Of a stretch of DNA of 64,000 nt, positions 47,424-56,400 are shown piece after piece. Source of the DNA: an uncultured Clostridia bacterium (lineage in GTDB: Bacteria; Bacillota; Clostridia; Christensenellales; UBA1242); the NCBI GenBank assembly GCA_944372355.1, contig CALVYS010000002.1:2831-66830 (forward strand). The letters run 5' to 3'. The notes beneath the pieces are model-generated. The model had not been told where the DNA came from. It saw only the letters and a list, made by a program, of their open reading frames with translations, and ran no database searches. Position 1 is the first letter of the stretch, and every line of letters begins with the position of its first letter. The translations under genes were made by a program, and so were the position numbers.

Positions 47424-50400
47424 TTAGGTCTGGCTGAAAACGACAGAATAGTTTGTGGAATTTGTGTAACTTACAACAATTCTCCAACCGGAATGGCCAT
47501 AGCAGTTGATGCTTCCACTCCAATTGTTTGAAACCGGAGTGTAACCGACATTTAACGTTGGAGATCCGCTGTTGTGGATATAGCAACTCGATCCTGAGTA
47601 GGCCGTTGCAGAACCAGTTGCAGCAAACAGGTTGACATTCCCGCCATTGACTGAGCCAAAAGCGACGATGTTGTTTATCGTTGTCGAATTCAAATTGTAG
47701 GCAACTCCGCCCACGTTGCCAGCTGTTATTGCACCCGTGTTGACAACCGAAATCAGGCTGCCCCTGTTTGAATAAATGACAACGCCTGCGGCATATCTGG
47801 TGCCTGTAAGGTTGGTTGCACTTCCATTGGCGTTTGTGGTGTTCACTGTGACGTTTGCACTGTTGTAGCACATGTCGATGGTTCCAAAACTGTTGGTCAG
47901 CACGATGCCACTTGCTTGAATAACGCTGTTGTCGTTGCTTTGATTTGTCGCCCAAGAGATGCTGACGTTTCCGTTGTTGCGGCAGTAGGTCATTGACGCA
48001 CTAGCGCCCGAATTGAAGAGCGCGATCGGGCTGAACAAGAAGGTTTGACCACTTGCCACCGATCTTTGTGACACTGTGATTCCATTTCTTGACACGCAAT
48101 CATACATCTCGCCTTGGTTTTTGCCAACAATGCCGGCAACAGCCAAAACATTTCCGGCCGAAATCGTCGTTGACATGGCCATAGACGCACCTTGCAGAGT
48201 CACTCCTGAAACTCGCCCAGCCTCTTCATTGGTTGAGGTGATGCGAGCTGCTGTTTTTAATGCAAGTCCAGCAATCAATGTTGGTTCGTCTGCGCTTGTC
48301 TGTTTGAAGTCGGAATTGTAAGCAAATGAGAAGCTGATTGTGAGGTTTGAAACGCTGCCGTTTGTCGAGATCTCTTTAAACAGAGCTGCACCTTTCGTAA
48401 ACTGAATTTCTGTTCCTCCACTTAAAGATGCCATTTCTCCGCTTTCTGCTGTGCCCAAATCTGCAACCGATGCAAAGGTCACAGAGATGGCGTTGCCATT
48501 TCCGTCATAAATGCCTTTAAACGGCTGATCAATGACAAAGCCTGCAACGTTTGTGAAACTGAGATTTCCACTTTGCCTAAAACTGTAATAAAGTTCGGTG
48601 TCGGTTTCCGTTCCAGACGAATAACTCTCTGTCCTGTTTCCTCCACGAACCACTATCGTCTCTTGGGTTTGATAGTAAGTGTTGTGATAGTATTGCTTTT
48701 CAGACCTATGTGACATATTTTCAAACTCATCTGTGCTTGAAACGATGAACGGATCTTCTTCGGTCCCGGCACCCGATGCAAACAGGTCAAAGACCACATC
48801 TCCGCCAGAACAGTCAATTGACAAACTTGCAGAAGGCAAGTTGTTTTCACCACGCCTTGCTTGAACCTCAAAGCTCAAAATTGTGCCGATGAGGTTTGGT
48901 TCAAACGTCGCTGTCCACCAGCCTTCATTTTGACTGAGCGCAATGTTGTCATACTCTCGCGTGGTTGTGACGGTTGTTGTGGTGTTTCCAGAAACCGTCA
49001 CTTGTTGAGACTGAATTGTCACTTTAAATATCAGCTCTTCTGGGTTTGTTAAATTGGTTTGAACTACATACCTGTAAACATTTTCAACCTTTAATCGGAA
49101 GTCCTCTCCATTTCCAAATTCCTCAAAGTTTGCAAACTGATAATATCCCGCGTCCACAACCGCATCTTCTGCAATGGCCAAATCGATGCCAGCTTCGATG
49201 CCTCGAAGATGCGTGCATTCTGGATCGGTGTAAACAGGCATATTCTCTGTTACTGTAAAGCTTGCTGCGGTCTGTCCCGCCATTGTCACCGCGCTGATTG
49301 GCAGATAGTAATTTGTAAGTTCAGTGTCATCAAACAGCATCTTTTGAACGATAAAATAGTCATATGCATATCGGTATGTTCCACCGGCAGGTAATGTTGT
49401 CCCTGCGTAACTAAACGATCCGGTCTCTTCGTCATAAATTTGCAGTTGAGCGTTTGATCTGGTTGTGACCTCAGCATATCCCTCATCTTCAAGATATTCA
49501 AAGGTTGCTTGGCTTCCCCAAATCCATCGCACTTGATCACCGCCATAGATGATTGGAACGCGAACGCCACTGTCGCCGCTGTATTGCTGCAACGGCTCTC
49601 CGACATCGGCGCCGTAAACCTTGAAGGCTAATGCTTCGCTATCGTAATAGTAAACAAGAGCGACCTCTTCACCTTCACTCAAAGCCGATTGATAACGATA
49701 CTCAGCTCCATATGTCCAGCTGAAAGTTTGCGATTCTGAGTCATAGGTCACGCTATCTGCATTGTGCCAAGAGGTTTCACTGAGGTTGATTTGCACTTGG
49801 GAATCGGCACTTAATATATAGTTGATGTCAGCTGCAACCGCTCTGATGTTCAACGTCAAATTTCCGTCTGCGAAAAAGATTTCGCCATTGGTGATTCCTG
49901 CCTCTCCTCCATCTCCTGCCGGACGCAAATTCAAGGTTTTGCTGCTTCCTGAACCCAAAATCGTCAGGGTTTCACCAAGATAAGTGATTTCGAGATTGAT
50001 GCTGGACGCACTAATTCCAGGGTTTGAATCATAGTAGTTTTGGAAGTTGACAACATAGTAATATTCCGAACCCGTTTCAACTCTGCTTGTTGTGAAATCA
50101 GATTGCGTCAAGTCTTTTAACACACTGATCTGTCTGTAAGTTTGATTTCCCACTCCATTTTTGTTGGAAGCAAGTTGTCCTCCCGTTGTAAGAGTGCCGC
50201 CGGTTGTCGCTGCATAGTTTACTGCATAGATTCTGAAATTGTATGCATTTGTGCTGGAAAGCTGACCTTCGTCTATGACAAATGTATAATTGTTTTGTCC
50301 ACTTGAAACAACTTGACCATTTAATGTTTGCCAGCTGTCTCTTCCGGCGATTGAATATTCGATTACAAACCTGGTTGAAAGTCCATCTTCAACCTCATAC

Positions 50401-53400
50401 GTCCAAACAAAGGAGCCGTCGTTGATTTCAAAGTCGACAACTTCTTGCGACCTTTCAAACAACGCGCTTGTATCACCTGCATAGTTGAACACCAGCTCTC
50501 CCTGCAAAACCTTTGTTAATGTGCTTGCAAAGGTTGTTTGCCCTGCTTGTGAATAGGTTTGATTTTGCAGAGAAACAATGTCTCCGTTTGAATCCAATTG
50601 ATAAACGTTCGCTTTGACATAGATTGCATATCTTTGCGTATCGCTTGGTGAGTTGATAAACAAAGATGCGTCAAGCTGGTTGTCGCTTGTGTAATAGGTT
50701 CGAGTGCAGGTTGTGTCAAGCGTCCAGTTTGTGGAATCAGCCGAGGTTGCATAATAGGTTTCCACCCTAACCTCATACAAAATTTCGTAAGGAGCCGCCA
50801 CCGTGTCGACCGCTTCTGGCCAAACCACTCTGCCGTTCAGCAGTTGCACCCCTTCGCTAAGAGAGATGATCTGTCCAGCTTCATCGACGGTTGCATTTGA
50901 AGAGTAGTCTATCATTTTGGCCGAAATGCTTGTGCTTGCTGATTGCAGATAGAGCGTTTCATTTTCTTCCAAGCCGTCCGCATTGATAATAAAGCGGTTG
51001 TATATGGTTTGTCCACCTTCGTCCGTCATCTCCCTTGACGTGAAGTGCTCCACATCATCTCCTGCCATCGCTGCATAGAAAGTGGTTGCCAAGCCCTCGG
51101 TCAACCTGTAAGCATAACCAGACGCCTCGTCGTTCGTCAATCCATTTAATCCAGGTGTGTGCGTGATGCTTGAACTTTCGCTTGAAACCTCCAAGGTCAA
51201 ATTGCTCAGCCTTGAAATGTTGTTGCTCAAAATGAAGGTCCTCTGTTGCAGTGCGGAGTTGTTGTCCGAGAAAACAAGCTGTCCGTTTTGCGTGGTTATT
51301 GAAGGCGATTGAAGTTTTGAAATGTTTTCAAGCCTGTAGACTTCGCTGCCAACATAAATTGCGTAAGCCTCGCGGTGCCCTGGTGTGTAGAACTCAATGT
51401 AGTTATAGTTTCCAACAGTTGACGGTGTGAAACTTTGTGTCGCGCCTGTCCCAGATGGTGTCGCGATTGTGACTGAACTCGATTGATAGTGCTGGTAGGC
51501 CACTTGTGCACTGTAACGCGTGTTGCCAACAGTGAAAGTGTCCCAACTGAACACCCCTGCATTGAGGGTTAATGAATCTATGTTAAATCCAAGGAAAGTG
51601 AGTGAAACCTCTTCGGTTTTGCTGTTGAAAGTTGTGTCATCGCCGTTTGCAAAAATATTTACTGAATAGGTGTATAAGGTCGGATTTGTCAATTCCTCGC
51701 CGATGCCATCGACATCGTTGAGCGAAATGCGAACAAAAGTCGAGCCTCCGTTTTCAAATGTGGAAAGTGTGGTTGTAAAATCTTCTCCACCGACATCGGT
51801 TCTTCTCCAAACGCCGTCAGTAAGGGTTATCTTAACTTTTTCGATAACCGTTTCTGTATCCTCGGTATGTTTGAGCACCATTGTGTATTCATTTTTGCCA
51901 TCAATCGGACGGAAATTTATGTAATAAACATTGTCTTCAACGCTTGTGGTGATCATAGGTGAAGTTTCAACCGTGACGTTTGACAGCACTTGATTATAGT
52001 CTGAGCTTATCGTTGCATCTTCCTGGCTGCCCTGCTGCTGAATAGAAACATTGTATTGTCCCGCTTGAATTCTTTCGGCTGGATACTTGTTGTAGTTCCC
52101 TGTAAGCTCCTCACCAATCTCGTCAAACAGCAGTTCGCAAGAAGCCACACCGGTCCAAAGAGTTGAATCCGTGAGCGTGTCATACAACTCTTGCAAGGCC
52201 GTTCTCGCGCTTCCTTGAAGTCCCGTGTAGCCAAGAATGGTTTCAATCGCCTCAATCACAGATTTACCAGTAAAGTCCCCAGTAAAGTCTTCCACCGGCT
52301 GAGTAAAGCCTGTCAAAAGATTGCCAGCTTTGACGGTTGTGAAGTAAACCTGCCCTGTTGTGGTGTTTTCAAACCTCAGATTGAATTCCGTGTTGACAAG
52401 CTCTGTCAAACTAAATCTAAATGGCAAGGTGTAAGTTTTGTTTAAAAGATTGTTTACTGCTGCGGTGATGTTTGCTGAGGACGATGCATCTGTGATGTTG
52501 TTTATGTCGTTCGCAAGGTCACCAGTACCATTGTATGTCAGTTGCATCACTCCATCTGAAAGTTGAATGTCGGAAACTGTTGCAAGTTTTGAAACCGACT
52601 GTCTGGAATTGCCCCCCACATATGTTTTTTCACTGGCAAGTGTTTGTAACTGGCTGGAAACATTTTGAATCGAAACATAGTAACTTCCTTGCTTGTTGAT
52701 GTTTTCGCCAAGATAATAGGTGGTGTTTGTGTCGTCTATTTTGATTTCAGATTGTGTTGTGCCTTCAAGATAGATATAGTAAGCCGTTCCAACTTCATCT
52801 GCCCGCCAAGTTAAATTGCCAAGGTCGATTTCAATGGAATTTGGAGCCACAAGTTTGCGATAGGTTATCGCTGCACAATAGCCAACAACTGTGAACTCGT
52901 CATTTTCATTGGTGACATATGCAACTTGAAGATTTTTAGTGCCAGAGACAAAGCCTGCGAGCACCTCGTTTACAGAAATGACAAAGGCCGCTTCGTTTGT
53001 GTATCCTTCAACTGGCGCTCCCAAAAATTCACCTCTCTCTGCGCCAGATGCCGTCACCCAGTAACCAGTGACGCTTGCAAGGTCTGTTGAATAATAGTTG
53101 CCTTCCAGGTCGCGCAAGATGATTGCTGTGACAGGTTGCCTTGTGGACGCGTTCTGTCCATGAATGATCAAATAATCGTTTCGGTCATCTTCACCTTTGA
53201 CTGCTTCCACGGTGTTTGAGGAGCTCTTGAACTCAAAAGAATGTTCAACTGGATCGGAAATCAACCAGCCACTGCTGTAAACCGAGAGAGTGAACACAAA
53301 TTCGCCATCCTGCAAATCAAACAGCTCTGCAATGTTTGCCGCGATGATTTCATAGTTGGTTGAGCTTGTTTGAGTGGCGCTGACCTCCATCACTTCACCG

Positions 53401-56400
53401 TCATGTTCAGCAAAGAACCTGAGCCCGCTTGTCACTCCACCATTTGCAAGATTCAGCATAAGCCTGCCAGTGTCAAAGTTTTGAGTGATGCTTTGGATTT
53501 GAGAGTGTTTGTTCATCGTCACGATGGTTGCATCTGCGTCAAGCAAAATTCCATCTGCCGAGCTCTGCCTGTCAAGCCCCTCGCTTGGCTTGTTGGTGGC
53601 AAGCGTTCGAGCCGAGACTTGCAGCCTGCCTAAAAATTCTTCAACCTTGACCAAGTTCTCCTCGCCGGAGAGCAAATAGTCCTTGATTTGTCCGCTGGCA
53701 TTTTCAACTTGAATGTAAGTTCCAACGCCATTAAAACTCGAATTGAAGGTTAAATATCCTATATTAGGCAGCGCCACCTTTGAATAAACACCACTTATCG
53801 TGTTTTCGAGTTTGTTCACAGCAAAAGTCAACGGCTGTGAGTTGGCTTTGCCACTGTCGCTGGTGGCCAAAGTGCGGAAGACAAATGTGAGATCGCCACT
53901 AGGCAGCACGCCATACTCGCTTTCAATGTCGGAAAGCCTCGCACTTCCACCCGTCAAAACGGTTTCAAACAAAATTTCGTCGTTTTGGTAAACCGAAAGC
54001 GAGTAGCCCTCGGCGTCAGGATTTTGCGTCCATGTCAAGGTTTGATCGTTGTAGTCCTCACTTCTTTCAAAAATCACTTCTGTTGTGTTTGCAATCCTGT
54101 CCAAATTCAGCTCTTGCTCCGCGCTTTCGCCAGTCCATGAATCCACACTGCCCGTTCTTCGAGCGTAAAGCAAGATGTTGTAAACTCCGCTGCCCCAATC
54201 GTCTGGGAAAGCAAAGTAATTGCCCTCTATCATTTGGCTCAGCCCTTCCTCATCACACCTGATGTAGAAGACCACATCTGCGTCGGTGCTGACAAGCGTG
54301 ATGCCAGCTTGATCTTGAACAAATGTTGGCTGCGCGAGTATGGTTCCACTTGCCGAGGCCACACTTTCGTTTGGCACCGAAACTTTTTGCGTCGACTTTG
54401 GAATCACTCTGACAGTGTAATTTCCGCTTCTGCCATTTATATGCGGCTGCAAATCAACGGTCGTCGCTGTCGAATAAAAGGTCGTCGTTTCTTCTTCGAT
54501 TTTGAGTTCGATTATATATCCTTCGCTTGCTGGTGGGTTTTGGGCTGCTGTGATGGTGAGCACTCCTGTGTCGGCCACAAAAATTTCTGGGGTTGCAAAC
54601 TTGGAAACCACCAAGCTTTGCAGGTCGGATTCCACATCGCTGTCGCTCACCGCTTTTATCGCAATCGCGTTGTCGCCTTCGTTTAGCAAGGTTTGACTTA
54701 AATTGTAAGAAAGCTCTTGCACCCTTGCAGCTTCACTGCCGTTCACGTAGATGACATAGCTGATTTGAGATGTCCCTTCGCCTTCATGGTTCCAAGTCAG
54801 GGTTATCGGTTTTGCAAGCTCCTCATCAATCGTGGTTTGCGAGTCGTCTATGCTTGCTGAAAAATCTGTCACCGCATTGAGTTTTGTAAGTGAACTCGTG
54901 TCATCGAGAAGCAATCTTCCATAGTAACCTCGACCATCTTCCGATGTGATTTGATAGTTTGAAACATATACATAAAGTTCGAACGTGTAGTTGCCTTGCA
55001 CAAGCGCAAGCAAGTTTTCGTGTGAAAGACTCAGCTGCGTGCTTGATATGTTGGAAATCACCGAGCGAAGTTCGCTTGTTGAATTATAAACTCTGATTTC
55101 ATAGCGAATGTTTCCTGACTCTGGGTTTGTCAAGATCCAATCCGATGCACTTCCTGCCTCAAAGTCTTCCCACGAAATGCTGTTTGAAGAGATTTCAATC
55201 AGCGGTTCGTATTCTTCTTTTTCAAGTGGCTTTACCACAAAGTTTGCCACATCGCTTGAAATGTAGAAGGTTTTGTCCCCGTTTTCCTCAAAGGCTTTAC
55301 CCATGATTTGAACGGAAACCTCTCCGTTTGTGCCAACAGTGACAACCTCTCCCTCTTCGACTTCGGCCTCGCTTGCAAGTTTGAATTCTGGACTTGTTCC
55401 CACACTGTTGCCGTTCACTCGAATGTCTGCGATGTTGTCAAGTTCAATGCTTTCCAGGCTGAACCCTGCGAAATATTGTCCACCTCTCTCGTAAACCGAA
55501 AGTCCAGAAACCTGTGAAAGTTTGTGCACAATAACTCTGCCAGAAGAGTTGGAGTCAAGTGCGTTATCGCTTCTTGCCACGATATAAAAGATATAATCGC
55601 CCTCTTGCGAAAAGTCATAGCCCGCAATTGAAAACTCATAGGTTTGCTGGTTGTTGACAGAAGATATGGTCGCTTCAAGTTGATTTTCGTTGGTTGATCT
55701 GTTGTAGTAAATGTCATAAACCACATTGTCGCCTTCAACCGCATTCCAAAGCAGCTTTCTTTCGGTGTCGTCATAGTTTAGCTGCGGAGAAGCCAGTTTT
55801 GTGATCGAAAGTGTTGTGTCTTGCGGGTTGTAAAGCAAGGTTGCATATCTTGACGGCAAATAGTAAACCGATTCAACCTCCTCGGAAATATTTGCAAAAA
55901 TTCTGACATTGACGGTGTGGCTTTGATCGTAATGGCTGTCAAATTCAGGATTTTGCTCACGAAGAGGTTGCAAAAGTTCTTCCAAATCAAAACTGGTGAG
56001 AGCGGTTTCAAAAGTCACGCTGGCGCTGCCGTTTGCCGAAATCGCGGTGACTTCCACCAAGTAGTTTGCTCTTTCACCTGGTTGGCGTGTGTGAGCAAAA
56101 CTTATCTGCCCCGCTGAATAATTTAGCGCCGTTGGAGTGGAGGATCTGTAAAAATTAAACGAAGCTTGCCCGCTTTCCAACATCACTTTTCCGTTTGTTG
56201 TGAAATCTTCGAAAAGGTCGTATCCTTCGACTTTCGCGTTTATGCTAAATGCTCCGTCATAGCTTGTAAGGTCTGCCTTGACGGCCTCTCCGCCCTCGCC
56301 ACGTGCGATCTCGGAGCCATCTTTGCTCAGCACCAACACTCCTGTTTGATCAGGGTTTGCAACACTGATTGCCGTGCTGTTTTCGATAACCGAGTAGCTT

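Noticed and set aside
47410-47955. A 181-aa minus-strand ORF overlaps the 3' end of the giant gene in another frame.
   Set aside because: It lies entirely inside the 3,762-aa ORF. Its composition is Q/C/R/H/W-rich and nonsensical, and it has no SD. It is a frame shadow of a repetitive G/N/S/T-rich coding region.
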